39,574 nt of DNA from assembly GCA_038881315.1 (NCBI GenBank), contig JAVZQA010000001.1:1-39574 (forward strand). Direction: 5' to 3'. The number at the start of each line of letters is the position of its first letter. Position 1 is the first letter of the stretch. Origin of the DNA: Methanomassiliicoccales archaeon (GTDB taxonomy: Archaea > Thermoplasmatota > Thermoplasmata > Sysuiplasmatales > Sysuiplasmataceae). Position numbers and translations under genes: made by a program. The notes below the pieces were generated by a model. It searched no databases, had not been told where the DNA came from, and saw only the letters and a program-made list of their open reading frames with translations. This document shows positions 8,629-19,105 of this stretch, in pieces.

Positions 8629-9666
8629 TCAAACCCTTTGTTCCAGGGTATCCTCCCTTCCCGTCAGCTGCTGCTTTTCTGCCCTATCGTCGTAGGGATA
8701 GCCAACATTGATTGATGAGAGTCTATCGATCTCCTCTATTTCCGCCCTGTCCAGTTTCCAGCCGCAAGCCCCAAGATTCTCCTTCAGCTGATCAAGATTG
8801 CTCGCCCCAACGATTGGTGCAGTCACACCTTTTCTGTGCAGAACCCAATTTAGAGCGATCTGGGATATCGTCTTCCCCTTTTTACTTGCCGTGGCAGTCA
8901 ACTCATCTATTAATGCCCATGTGCGGTCGTTGGCCAGGGAGTACCACCGCTCAGTCTCCCCCTCTCTGAATCTGTCCCCTATTCTTGTTCCCGCAGGCGG
9001 TTCCTTCATATCTTTGGTATATTTGCCAGTCAGCCAGCCTCCGCCAAGCGGACTCCAGGGGAGCACCCCAAGCCCTTCCCTTATGCAGAGGGGTAGGAGC
9101 TCAAATTCGGTTGCTCTGCAGATCAGACTGTATTGTGGCTGCAAAGATGCCAACTGGTGAAATCCCATCTCCCTTGCAGCGTCAACGGCACGCTGCAGCT
9201 GCCATCCCCTGAAATTGCTCGCGCCGATATATCGCACATAGCCCTCATCTACAAGCCATGAGAAAACGGATAATGTCTCCTCTATGGGTGTGGCTGGATC
9301 CCATGCGTGCATCTGGTAGAGATCGATGTAATCGGTCGAAAGCCTAGACAGACTTTCCTTAAGTGAGTGCAGTATGTGCTTCCTTGTCAGCCCGAGCCCA
9401 TTTGGCCCTTTTCCGGACTCAAATCTAACTTTGGTTGCAATGATGAATTCCTCTCTATCGTTGTGCTTGAGCCAACTCCCTATGATTTTCTCCGACTGCC
9501 CTCTTCCATATACATCGGCTGTATCAATGAAATTCCCTCCGTCTGACCGAAATTCGTCGAGTATCCTGTGACTTTCGTGTTCGTCTGCTTTCCACCCAAA
9601 TGTCATGGTGCCCAGACAGAGTTCGCTGACTTTGATCCCAGTCTTTCCCAAATACCTGTACTGCAT
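8629..9666 (-). CDS. Aldo/keto reductase
   Basis: Motifs LGTMTFGW, IDTADVYG and a C-terminal APIVGASNLDQLKENL. Confidence 0.85.
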   Translation of the reverse strand: MQYRYLGKTGIKVSELCLGTMTFGWKADEHESHRILDEFRSDGGNFIDTADVYGRGQSEKIIGSWLKHNDREEFIIATKVRFESGKGPNGLGLTRKHILHSLKESLSRLSTDYIDLYQMHAWDPATPIEETLSVFSWLVDEGYVRYIGASNFRGWQLQRAVDAAREMGFHQLASLQPQYSLICRATEFELLPLCIREGLGVLPWSPLGGGWLTGKYTKDMKEPPAGTRIGDRFREGETERWYSLANDRTWALIDELTATASKKGKTISQIALNWVLHRKGVTAPIVGASNLDQLKENLGACGWKLDRAEIEEIDRLSSINVGYPYDDRAEKQQLTGREDTLEQRV

Positions 9667-9670
9667 GTTT

Positions 9671-10831
9671 CTACACCTTCGTTATCACATCGAATGAATC
9701 CCTGTGAGGTGGAAACAGGAGCGAATAGATCAATGTGCCCCCCTCATAGATTGCAACAGGCAGTTGCAATAGCGCCATGGAAAGCATGTATTTCTTTGAT
9801 GTCTTAACTGTCCCATACTGATAGAAGAGGAAGTAGGATAGTATGTTGAAGCCTAGAAGCATGGCAAGCGGGACAGGTATATACAGGCCGTATACAAGGC
9901 CGAGAACCGCAAGCATCAGACCGGTTATGCCTGTCCACCCTGCGGCATACCGATACATGAACCAGCTGGTGGCTCTCCTGTCTATCTCATTAAGCTTCCC
10001 GTGCGCCCATAACACAGACATGATCCAGCGCCTTCGCTGCTTGTAGAAGTCTCGCGCCGAGACAGGCGGGGCTATCATGATCGCGTGCGGTATGTGCCCG
10101 AATCTATAGCCGTTCTTGATTATGAGTTGACCCATGATGAGGTCATCACATCCATAAGTTCCAAAATCCCAACCGATCCTGTACTCCACATCCGCTCGTA
10201 TTACGAGTCCCTCGCCATGAACCGATTTGGGTCTGCCTATTGAATTGAAAAACTGGCAGAAGGAATCACAGTTTGAAACGCGTGCCATGTCGGCCAGTGT
10301 GGAAAGCATGTGTATCCCTGCCTTCCGCAGCCTGATATGCCCCTGTCCTGCCTCTTCTTCCATTGAAAACAGGTGCTCAAGATAATCATATGTTGGAATC
10401 GAATCATCGTCTAGGTGGCAGATGTATGTATCTTCCCCGTACCCTGCCTCATGCAATTTCTCAATGCCGAACTGCAGCGCTCTCATCTTGTATTTGGTCG
10501 AATTGGGTGTCGTGTAGTCCTGTGGAACTGTTATTTCATTACAGCTGTACTTGAAATGGTCCCTTTCCTCCTTAATCACAAAGATTTCAACAGGCAAAAA
10601 GTAAGAACGCACCACTCCTATGATGTGCTCCACCACCATAGGATTCTTCCCGTTTGTGGCAATCACGCAGAGCACCTTTCTGCTCCCTTGATTGACATTC
10701 GCATGGGTGCATATTCTCCTCATGACCTTCCGGTTCCTGATTAGCAGCCAGTCCTGCATGACTGCTATGGGCAAATAGATCAGGACAAGCACAAGTGCTG
10801 CTACAAAAAAAATCAGCTGCTCTGTGCTCAT
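9671..10831 (-). CDS. Membrane-integrated family-2 glycosyltransferase
   Basis: An N-terminal TM helix, an acidic motif CHLDDDSIP, a QxxRW-like KQRRRW, and C-terminal TM helices. It lies 4 nt upstream of the AKR gene. Confidence 0.7.
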   Translation of the reverse strand: MSTEQLIFFVAALVLVLIYLPIAVMQDWLLIRNRKVMRRICTHANVNQGSRKVLCVIATNGKNPMVVEHIIGVVRSYFLPVEIFVIKEERDHFKYSCNEITVPQDYTTPNSTKYKMRALQFGIEKLHEAGYGEDTYICHLDDDSIPTYDYLEHLFSMEEEAGQGHIRLRKAGIHMLSTLADMARVSNCDSFCQFFNSIGRPKSVHGEGLVIRADVEYRIGWDFGTYGCDDLIMGQLIIKNGYRFGHIPHAIMIAPPVSARDFYKQRRRWIMSVLWAHGKLNEIDRRATSWFMYRYAAGWTGITGLMLAVLGLVYGLYIPVPLAMLLGFNILSYFLFYQYGTVKTSKKYMLSMALLQLPVAIYEGGTLIYSLLFPPHRDSFDVITKV

Positions 10832-11101
10832 GCCGTGGCGTATGTTTATTGAATATTTACTTATTATTGAAACAGTTCAAACAACATCCACCGCCTGCAT
10901 TGCTCTGTTCTCCATCTTTTGCCTTTCAGGAGTTCACAGGATTTCACGTTTTTCGGAAGCCATTGAATATGGTGGGGGCCTGCAGTCTAGCGCCTGCGGA
11001 GCAACCAGAACCCTCGAATCACATATAATTTAATATTGAGGTAAGGCATTCAGCGGTGCGACAGGGATGCACTTGGATAATTTCAGTGCGTTTCAGGGTG
11101 G

Positions 11102-14100
11102 TTGCGTGTGTATCTGAAATCTATCGTCCTGGACGATTTTAAATCCTTTGGAGGCAAAACCACAATTACGCTCAGACCCGGTTATACGGTCATAACAGGG
11201 CCCAACGGATCGGGGAAGTCGAACATCTCTGACGCCATACTGTTTGTTCTGGGACCAAGGAGTTCTAAAGTTATCAGGGCGGGCAAGCTAACAGATCTGA
11301 TATTCAATGGAGGCAGGGGCAAATCCCCCTCAAGCAGTGCAACCGTCTCCCTGATCTTCGAAAACAGCGACAGAATGATACCCTATGACGCGGATGAAAT
11401 AACGTTCACCAGAACAGTTAAGAAATCAGGAAACGAGGACTATGCCTCTTACTTCTATGTGAACGGCAAGCGTTCCTCACTCGGCGAGTTCGAGCAGCTG
11501 CTGAGGGAGGCGAAGCTAAGCGCTGACGGTTACAACTTCGTTCAGCAGGGGGATGTGACGCGTATTATTGAGATGGGAAATGCCGAAAGGCGGAGGATAA
11601 TAGATGAGATTGCAGGCATAACCGCATTTGATAGTGAAATTGAGAGGGCAGACAGGGAGAGGGAGCAGATTGAGCAGAACCTTTCCAGTGCAAGATCTGT
11701 TATTTCTGAAATGAAGAACACGCTCTCAAAATTGAAGGCAGAGAAGGAGCAGGCAGAACGCTTCCTTTCCCTTAAAAAGGAGACAGAGCGTATGAAACTC
11801 ACGCTTGCCTCCAAAAGACTTGCTTCCTATGAGGTTGAGATTGAAACAATACAGGAGCAGATTGTGCGATTCGGGGAGCAGATTGAAAATCTGGAAAGGG
11901 AAACAGAGGAGAAGCGTGCAACTGCAGCCAAAATAGAGGCGCAACTCAATGAGATGGAGGGAAGGATGGACAGTCAGTCTGCTGCCGAGGCCAAAGAGAT
12001 AAGGGAAAAACTCGATCAATGCAAGATTGAGATAGCGAAAAGAACCGACGGTATTGCTATAGCAGCAGAGCAGATAGCTGAAGCAAAACGCCACCTGAAA
12101 GAACTGAATGACCAGGTGAGGCGTGCCAGGAGCGAAGCCACCCAGCGTGCAGAGACGATAGCGTCTCTGGAGAAGAGAAGAATAGAGCTGAAAGCTTCCA
12201 TAGATAAGTTATCGAAGGAACTGAATGAAATTGAAGCAAAGATAGGCAACAGCGACGAAATCTCAAGAAAACTGCAGCTGGAAATAAACAATCTGAACGC
12301 GGCAGTTCAGAAGGCTGAGGAGGAAAAGGGACGACTCATTCTGGAAAAGGACAGGCTTTCCGCTTCAATAGAAAGGGAGACACTAGAGCTTGCAAGGGCA
12401 GAGGAAGCATACAAGAACGCCGAACTCGAATTCAAGGACATCTGTTGGCAAATCAAGGAAATGGAAGGAGGAAACAAGGACAGGGAGACCGAGCTAAGGA
12501 AATTCCAGGAGCGTTTCACATCCCAAAAGCGTAGAGAGGAGGAGCTGCAGAGGGCAGTGGATGTGCTGGAGAGAGAAGTGAAAACGCTCGGCAGGGAATA
12601 TGAGCGTATCAAGGCACAGCAGGAAGCCAAGGCTGAGACGCGCGGTGTCCCCAGGGCTCTGGATGCTATACTGGAATGCAGGGACAGGAACACAATTAAG
12701 GGTATACTCGGAACAGTAGGGCAGCTCATAAAGGTGCCGAACGAATATGCCAGGGCAATCAATGCAGCTGCAGGTGGAAGACTGAATGCGGTAATAGTGG
12801 AAACGGATGCGACTGCTGCCGAATGCATTCAGTACCTGAAGAAAAATGGGCTCGGGAGGCTCATCTTTTTGCCGCTCAACAAGATGGTCGAAGGGAGACC
12901 AAGAGGGAAGGCGGTTATGGCGAGGCCTCAGACTCTTGGTTTTGCCATTGACCTCGTTGAATTTGAGGAGAGACTGAGGGCGGCCATTTGGTATGTGCTG
13001 GGGGATACGCTCGTTGTCCGTTCCCTCGATGAATTAAGGCAGCTGATGGGCGGAATTAGGCTGGTTACAACCGATGGAGATATTGCAGAAGCATCCGGTG
13101 CAATGATTGGTGGTTCAGCTGAGACAGCGGAGAGGCACGAAGGTGCGGATATAGCGAAGCTGGGAGAAACACTGAGGGCCAAAAATGTGGAGCTGGAGCA
13201 GCACACTTCAGAACTAATCGCTTTGAGGCAGGAACTACGCTCTATCGAAGAGGCAATAAGACATCTCAGGGAAGGCAGCGGGGATATACAGACGAGTCTT
13301 TCCACACTGCTGGGCAGGAAGAAGCAGCTGGAAAAGGAACTAAACGATAGAACCGTCTTCATGACCGCATCCCGTGATAAATGCAATTCGCTGCAGAAGG
13401 AACTGTCCATTGTACTTGAAAAGATATCAGGGAAGGAGAAAGAAACAGCAACGCTTAAAGCGGAGAGGGACGGGAAGAATGCGCAATTGCTTGAGGGTAA
13501 ACCGGCTGAAATGGCAGAAAGAGTTAGCACCCTCAGCCGGAAGATCTCGGACATGAAGGACGAACTCGGTACAGCAACAGTGGATCTCGCGTCAGCCAAA
13601 AAGGAAAAGGAACTGATTGAAGGAAATCTGGCTTCCATGGAGCAGGAGGCACAGAATGAAAGGCAGAAGATTGTGACACTGGAAAGGAAAGCCGAATCCA
13701 TGGATGCGGAGGCAGGTAAGCTCAGGATCGAGTTGGCCGCACTAGAGAAAATGGAGGCAAAAATCGGGGAGGCTCAAGCCGCACTGAGGAAGGAAAGAGA
13801 TGCACTGCTTGAGAGACTCATAGGCCTCAGGGGGGAGATTTCAAACGCATCAAGCAAGCGGGACTCAATTTCAGAGATGATCATAATACAAAAGGGAAAT
13901 CTTTCATCGGTGGCAGGTAAGAAGAAAGAAGTAATGGATGAGATAGAGGCGCTCAAACACCAGGGTGCGGAACCCTTGGAAACCGACAGGACCTCAGAAC
14001 AGCTGAGGGAGGCGATCGCTGAAGCGGAAAGAAAGCTGACGTCGATGGGAAGTGTGAACATGCTCGCCATCGAAGATTATGAGCAGATGGAGGGACGCTG

Positions 14101-14677
14101 CCGCTCGCTGGAGGAGGAAATTAGTTCCTTTGAAGAGAAGAAGAAATCGCTCATCAAGTTGGTGGATGAAATAAACAGGAAGAAGAAGGAAGGGCTGCTA
14201 AATGTCTTCGGAGCTGTGAATGCCAATTTCAAGGAAATATACGGAAGGCTGTCCGGAGGAGCGGAAGGCGAACTGAAACTGGAGAACGAGAATGAACCGC
14301 TGGAGGGTGGGCTCATCATAAGGGTGAGACTAAAGGAGGGTAGATCGCTGAGGATAGAGGCGTTGAGCGGGGGAGAGAAGAGCCTGGCCGCTCTTGCCTT
14401 CATTTTTGCAGTCCAGCAATTTGATCCATCGCCAGTCTACTTCCTCGATGAGGTGGACATGTACCTGGATGGAGTTAATTCCGAAGGCATAGCCAGAATG
14501 GTCAAGGCGCTCTCCTCCTCTGCACAGTTTATACAGGTGTCACTGAGAAAGGTGTCGCTCAATTTTGCTGACAGGCTCATAGGCGTAACAAAGGCAGAGG
14601 AGGGTCTCTCACAGGTGTTTTTCAGAGAAGTCCCATCTATGGATGCACAGCCTGAGCCACAGGGGGTGGAAGGATGA
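11102..14677 (+). CDS. smc: Chromosome segregation protein SMC
   Basis: Walker A GPNGSGKSN, long E/K/L-rich coiled coils, hinge GILGTVGQLI, signature LSGGEKSLAALAF and Walker B YFLDEVDMYLD. GTG 11108 (MYLKSIVL) is an equally good start. Confidence 0.95.
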   Translation: MRVYLKSIVLDDFKSFGGKTTITLRPGYTVITGPNGSGKSNISDAILFVLGPRSSKVIRAGKLTDLIFNGGRGKSPSSSATVSLIFENSDRMIPYDADEITFTRTVKKSGNEDYASYFYVNGKRSSLGEFEQLLREAKLSADGYNFVQQGDVTRIIEMGNAERRRIIDEIAGITAFDSEIERADREREQIEQNLSSARSVISEMKNTLSKLKAEKEQAERFLSLKKETERMKLTLASKRLASYEVEIETIQEQIVRFGEQIENLERETEEKRATAAKIEAQLNEMEGRMDSQSAAEAKEIREKLDQCKIEIAKRTDGIAIAAEQIAEAKRHLKELNDQVRRARSEATQRAETIASLEKRRIELKASIDKLSKELNEIEAKIGNSDEISRKLQLEINNLNAAVQKAEEEKGRLILEKDRLSASIERETLELARAEEAYKNAELEFKDICWQIKEMEGGNKDRETELRKFQERFTSQKRREEELQRAVDVLEREVKTLGREYERIKAQQEAKAETRGVPRALDAILECRDRNTIKGILGTVGQLIKVPNEYARAINAAAGGRLNAVIVETDATAAECIQYLKKNGLGRLIFLPLNKMVEGRPRGKAVMARPQTLGFAIDLVEFEERLRAAIWYVLGDTLVVRSLDELRQLMGGIRLVTTDGDIAEASGAMIGGSAETAERHEGADIAKLGETLRAKNVELEQHTSELIALRQELRSIEEAIRHLREGSGDIQTSLSTLLGRKKQLEKELNDRTVFMTASRDKCNSLQKELSIVLEKISGKEKETATLKAERDGKNAQLLEGKPAEMAERVSTLSRKISDMKDELGTATVDLASAKKEKELIEGNLASMEQEAQNERQKIVTLERKAESMDAEAGKLRIELAALEKMEAKIGEAQAALRKERDALLERLIGLRGEISNASSKRDSISEMIIIQKGNLSSVAGKKKEVMDEIEALKHQGAEPLETDRTSEQLREAIAEAERKLTSMGSVNMLAIEDYEQMEGRCRSLEEEISSFEEKKKSLIKLVDEINRKKKEGLLNVFGAVNANFKEIYGRLSGGAEGELKLENENEPLEGGLIIRVRLKEGRSLRIEALSGGEKSLAALAFIFAVQQFDPSPVYFLDEVDMYLDGVNSEGIARMVKALSSSAQFIQVSLRKVSLNFADRLIGVTKAEEGLSQVFFREVPSMDAQPEPQGVEG

Positions 14678-15528
14678 ACGGTCTCCAGGATGTATTCAGG
14701 GAATTGATGTTCCAGAAATCACTCTTAGTCGATGATTCTGACAGATACAGGGAAATCGAAAGGTATCTGGAAATAGCTCAAGCACTTCCAGGAGCAGATC
14801 ACCTATCAATGAAAGATCCCTTTGATAAATGCATAGCCATAGCCTTCGAGCTTGTGATCAGCAATCATATGGATCCGCGTGCCATTGATATTGTGAGATT
14901 CTCAAAGCTTTATCTGGAGAGGGTAAGGAATGAGAAATCTGTCAACTTCGTGGTTGCAGGAAAGCTGATTTTTCTTGCGTGGAATGTATTGCGGCTGGAG
15001 AGCGAGGCGCTCATGGCGTCACTCATGAAAGAGGAGGAGGAAACCGAACTAGATCCGGATTTCTTCCAGGTGTTCGATGAGGATCCTGCCTACTATGTGA
15101 GTGGTTCGGAGCTTGAACCGGCGGTGAGGGCAGGGTTCAGACGTGAGGTCAACATTATGGATCTGCTGGATGCCTTTGGGGAGGCGCAAAGAGAGATAGA
15201 AAGGCACCTGAAACGCGCCTCGTCAAAGGTTGTACTCACTCCAGCCGAATTCAGGGACAATGCGCACAGGGAGGAGGCGGAAAGGGACATCAATCTGTTG
15301 CTCGAAAGGCTCTCTGGCATGGGGCCCGGTCCCGTTGCACTGTCTGACATAGCGAACGGAAAGGATGAGGTGGTCACCTTCTTCCTCTCAATGCTCTTTC
15401 TCGCAAGGTTGCAGCGTATCCGGGCATGGCAGGAAAACCCGCCCGATGGGGAGATATACATAGAGATTGTCTCACCGCAGGTCAGCATTACGATCGAGGG
15501 CAAGGAGGAAGCCGGACTCGAAACATGA
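14674..15528 (+). CDS. scpA: Segregation and condensation protein A (kleisin)
   Basis: ATGA overlap with the smc stop. Size and position are typical of ScpA, and its C-terminal winged-helix region is followed by scpB. Confidence 0.8.
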   Translation: MNGLQDVFRELMFQKSLLVDDSDRYREIERYLEIAQALPGADHLSMKDPFDKCIAIAFELVISNHMDPRAIDIVRFSKLYLERVRNEKSVNFVVAGKLIFLAWNVLRLESEALMASLMKEEEETELDPDFFQVFDEDPAYYVSGSELEPAVRAGFRREVNIMDLLDAFGEAQREIERHLKRASSKVVLTPAEFRDNAHREEAERDINLLLERLSGMGPGPVALSDIANGKDEVVTFFLSMLFLARLQRIRAWQENPPDGEIYIEIVSPQVSITIEGKEEAGLET

Positions 15529-15531
15529 GGT

Positions 15532-16041
15532 ATGCGCTTGACGGATGAGCTTCTACTCGTGGAAGCAATACTCTTTTCTGCGGGCAGGCCACTCACCATC
15601 GAAGAGGTTGCCCAAACTGCGGGCATTGATGGTCGCACTGCGCGTGCACTTCTTTCCAAACTGAAGGAAAATTATTCGCGCCGTTCCACTGCAATAGAGA
15701 TAGTCAGAGTTGGCAAGAAGTATTCGATGCAACTCAAAAAGGAACTGACAGAAAGGGTGAGAGGTATCGCACCGCCGGAACTGCCTAGGGAATTGCTCCA
15801 AACAGCCGCTTTGATTGCCTACCATCAGCCCATACTCCAGAGCGAACTGGCCAGAAGGAGAGGGGAGAGGGTATACGAGGAGATAGCCGAACTCAGGAGG
15901 ATGGGACTGATAAATGTGAAAAGGAAGGGACATACGTTGGAACTGACCACAAGCATGCGTTTTGCGGAATTCTTCGGCATCGAGGCAAAAAAACCGGAAG
16001 AGATAAGAGCCTACTTTGAAAAGACTGCAGGGAATAGATGA
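15532..16041 (+). CDS. scpB: Segregation and condensation protein B
   Basis: N-terminal EAILFSAGRPLTIEEV motif. It starts 3 nt after the scpA stop. Confidence 0.85.
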   Translation: MRLTDELLLVEAILFSAGRPLTIEEVAQTAGIDGRTARALLSKLKENYSRRSTAIEIVRVGKKYSMQLKKELTERVRGIAPPELPRELLQTAALIAYHQPILQSELARRRGERVYEEIAELRRMGLINVKRKGHTLELTTSMRFAEFFGIEAKKPEEIRAYFEKTAGNR

Positions 16042-16042
16042 T

Positions 16043-16387
16043 TCATTTGATCTTCTCTATGAACTCCTTGAGCGCAACCGCATTATTGAGCGGAGATGAG
16101 GTGGAGTAGAGGAGTGTCACCGTGCCGCGCTTGGCCCTGTCCTTGATATTATCCACTTCCTGTCTCTTGTCCTTGAGTTCGCCAAAATACCTCTTTTTGA
16201 ACTCCCCCCATTTATCCTCCTCATGTGCAAACCACTTCCTCAGCTCATCAGAGGGAGCAATATCCTTCATCCATTCATCCAGCCTAGCCTTCTCCTTTGT
16301 CAATCCCCTTGGCCAAAGTCTGTCAACAAGTATTCTGTAACCGTCATCCTCCGAAGGCGGTTCATACACACGCTTGATTCGGAGCAT
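16043..16387 (-). CDS. DUF488 (YeaO-like) protein
   Basis: MLRIKRVYEPPSEDDGYRILVDRLWPRGL...WMKDIAPSDELRKWF. I prefer the internal ATG at 16387 (114 aa) over the track start at 16453. Confidence 0.75.
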   Translation of the reverse strand: MLRIKRVYEPPSEDDGYRILVDRLWPRGLTKEKARLDEWMKDIAPSDELRKWFAHEEDKWGEFKKRYFGELKDKRQEVDNIKDRAKRGTVTLLYSTSSPLNNAVALKEFIEKIK

Positions 16388-16558
16388 AAGATGGAAGCAA
16401 CGTTTCACTGATAAATACATGCTCCCGGTCTTTTCCCTCTGAACAAAAAACACAATAGCACCTGCACAGTGTGATCCCCTACGCTATGAATGTAGTATGG
16501 GATTACCTTCCACCGTCGCTCTGTAGGTCTCTTGAATGCTTTTCATGTAAGATTGGTA

Positions 16559-16635
16559 TGGCGCCCGAGCCGGAATTTGAATCCGGGTCTGAAGATCCGC
16601 AATCTTCTAGGATATCCAAGCTACCCCACTCGGGC
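16559..16635 (-). tRNA. tRNA-Arg (anticodon GCG), 77 nt, CCA encoded
   Basis: I folded the cloverleaf by hand. The acceptor stem is GCCCGAG/CTCGGGC. The anticodon stem is GAAGA/TCTTC with loop TTGCGGA. The T arm is CCGGA-TTCAAAT-TCCGG, followed by discriminator G and CCA. No intron. Confidence 0.85.
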
Positions 16636-16924
16636 ATTGAACGGATAGCCGTGTTCAATTTATCCTTTTGGTAACTTTTGAGCGGAATTGGGGTTTCCTC
16701 CTGCTTCAAGCTTTGTCTCCTGACCCTTTATTTTGAAATTGAGTGTGAAGTCCTCATGGGAAGCAGCCACAATTCGCCCGCAGCGCATTATCGTTGTGTA
16801 AGTTTCAGGTGGACCTTCCTTTCAAGCTATACATGGTGGATGTTTTTCCATGTTTTCTGAGTTGCGGTTATTCATCAACATGGTATCAAAAAGATTATAA
16901 GTGCAAAAACAGGAGGGTGCAGGG

Positions 16925-18100
16925 ATGAATTCAGCGGGAGCAGCCGGGCGCAGGATGGTGTTGTATTCCATTCTCTCCTCCCGTCTCACATATGCAGTCA
17001 ACTGGTACACCACAGCCTCTCCGGCATTGGGTCTAATAGCAGTTGCATACCATCAGCCGCTCGCATATGACGGACTCATCGCCTCCATTTTCCTTCTGTC
17101 GGTTGGTGTATTCCAACTTCCCGCAGGTGCCCTTTCAGCCCACTTTGGATCGAAGCAGATATCCATTGCAGGTCTACTCATCCTCTCCCTTTTCAACATA
17201 TTCACCCCTGCCTCCCCCAACTATGTGATCTTACTCTTCTTCCGTTTTATTGCAGGTCTGGGAGCCGCGCTCTTCTTCGCACCCGCGATTGGCGTGTTGT
17301 CTGCCTTCTTCTCCAGAGAGGAGAGGACGGGCGTGATTGGTCTTTACAATGCCTCCTTCCAGCTCGGTGCTGGTGCAACACTATTCTTCTGGCCTTTCAT
17401 TGATACCAAATTCGGCTGGCAGACAGGCGTGATCGCAGGTGGGGCATTGTGCCTTGCCACAGCCATAGTGATGCTCTATTCAGTGGATATGAGGCATGCC
17501 ACGGAACAACAGACAAGACGCATCAATCTCAGTGCAATGACACAGGTCCTCAGGAGCGGGACAGTCTGGATGGTCTCACTCGGCTTTGTCGGTGTCTGGG
17601 GGGCAGTGACTGCTGCATCGCAGTATCTTGAACAGTTCGGTTCCTCTGTTCTCAAACTCTCTCCGCTGCTTGCGGGGCTGCTCGCATCTCTCATTCTCTT
17701 TTCCGGAATAGCAGGAGGGGTGCTTACCGGCGCACTGGAGAAAAGAACAGCCAACATGCGGCGTCTGCTCATTGCAACAGTCGTGGCCTTCGCCCTCTCC
17801 ATGCTTCTGTTTGAAATCAGCAATATTGTTTCAGTTGCGCTTGCAGCGATACTCACAGGTGCGCTCTTCACCTCAGGAGTCTCACTGACCTATGCCCTGC
17901 CTGCGAAACTCAGTTCTGTCAGTATTGAAAACATACCGCTGGCAGTGAGTCTGGTCAATTCAATACAAGTGCTTGGCGGCTTCTGGGTCCCAACACTGTT
18001 CGGCTATATGCAGGCAAACTTTGGCTATCCGGTTACATGGGCTTCCATGGCCGCAATATCACTTGCCTTTCTTCCCTTCTATGTGATAATGAAAATATGA
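16925..18100 (+). CDS. MFS transporter
   Basis: About 12 hydrophobic segments. The ATG at 16925 is preceded by GGAGGGTG, so I prefer it over the GTG at 16901. Confidence 0.8.
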   Translation: MNSAGAAGRRMVLYSILSSRLTYAVNWYTTASPALGLIAVAYHQPLAYDGLIASIFLLSVGVFQLPAGALSAHFGSKQISIAGLLILSLFNIFTPASPNYVILLFFRFIAGLGAALFFAPAIGVLSAFFSREERTGVIGLYNASFQLGAGATLFFWPFIDTKFGWQTGVIAGGALCLATAIVMLYSVDMRHATEQQTRRINLSAMTQVLRSGTVWMVSLGFVGVWGAVTAASQYLEQFGSSVLKLSPLLAGLLASLILFSGIAGGVLTGALEKRTANMRRLLIATVVAFALSMLLFEISNIVSVALAAILTGALFTSGVSLTYALPAKLSSVSIENIPLAVSLVNSIQVLGGFWVPTLFGYMQANFGYPVTWASMAAISLAFLPFYVIMKI

Positions 18101-18101
18101 A

Positions 18102-18293
18102 TCATGCTCTGGGATGTTTCCTGTAGGTTGTGATGTAGCCGGCTATTTTGTTGCGCATCATCACAGAGCGCACATCAGTCATCTTTGCGACCATCTGTTT
18201 GTTGTGTTCGTAATCCTCTGTAAAGAGCGTCGGATATTTGTTTACCAGTTCGACTGCAACCCGTTTGATGTAAGTGGGTCTGATATTGCCCAT
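18102..18293 (-). CDS. rps17e: 30S ribosomal protein S17e
   Basis: [33 protein letters not shown]..., a typical archaeal S17e of 63 aa. Confidence 0.9.
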   Translation of the reverse strand: MGNIRPTYIKRVAVELVNKYPTLFTEDYEHNKQMVAKMTDVRSVMMRNKIAGYITTYRKHPRA

Positions 18294-18333
18294 GCGTATC
18301 TATCCCGGTGGATGGATGCCAGAACCGTATTCG

Positions 18334-18345
18334 TATTTAAAAATA
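18334..18345 (-). promoter_or_regulatory. Candidate TATA box for rps17e
   Basis: The minus strand reads CTATTTTTAAATAC, about 40-50 nt upstream of the start at 18293. Confidence 0.3.
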
Positions 18346-18354
18346 GCGAACTTT

Positions 18355-19105
18355 CTACTTCTCCCTCCACCGTGTAAAAGCGGCTGCAATGGCGACGAAC
18401 ACGAGTGTGGAAATCAAAAGGCCAGCCAGAGCAATTGCGAACCACTGCCGTTATGCAGCAGCCCAAGGGAGGTATCCGCTAACAGTGCCGAATATGTGGT
18501 GGGTACTGCATATGCCAAAAATCTGACCGAGTGAGGTATAACCGTTATGGGGTAGAAGACCGGCGGAATGATGGAGATGGTGTTGAAAATGAGCGAAGCC
18601 ACAGGCCATATCTCCTCGAATTCCCTGAAAAGGACGAGACCATGAATCCCAGACTCGCAGCCATTATCCAGGTGAGAAGCACTATGCCGATCATCTCTAG
18701 CAGCTGAAAAGCGGTTGCGTGAACTGTCAGCTCCATGATGGTAAAAAGGAAAGCTAAGGACGGAATTGTGAATGTGAGCTCGGAGAGCGCCAGGCCTGAA
18801 ATGTATGCAATAAGACCGACGGGTGAGGCCACATAGAGTTCCTGTATGTGATGCTCCAGTCTGAAGTAAGCGGCGTCATTCAGCATGCCGTTGCCAGTGA
18901 AAACAGTAGTGAAAGTGATTGCATCCACCACACCAAAAGGCAGCTCCGCTCTCGGACTCACAAGGTACAGAAAATAGATGAATGTGAATGGAGCGAGCGA
19001 GATCGAGATGAGGATCATCGATTGTCTTCTCAGCGCGAGAAGTCCGTTGATGTAGAGAAAGCGGAGGGCGGCGGAAACCTGTCTATTCATCATTTTCCAT
19101 TCCAC
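18355..19105 (-). pseudogene. ABC-2 type transporter permease, disrupted by at least two frameshifts
   Basis: The permease-like sequence runs through three reading frames. The first is 19105..~18620. The second resumes as FREFEEIWPVASLIFNTISIIPPVFYPI and ends at a TGA at 18414. The third reads WFAIALAGLLISTLVFVAIAAAFTRWREK and ends at a TAG at 18355. The first shift is at the T4 run 18618..18621, and the second lies between 18417 and 18450. Confidence 0.7.

Noticed and set aside
11542-14403. A series of long minus-strand ORFs (90-257 aa) inside the smc gene.
   Set aside because: Their translations are Ser/Leu/Phe-rich and low-complexity. This is the expected mirror image of the GAA/AAG/CTG-rich coiled-coil codons of SMC. 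I see no motifs and no independent start context.
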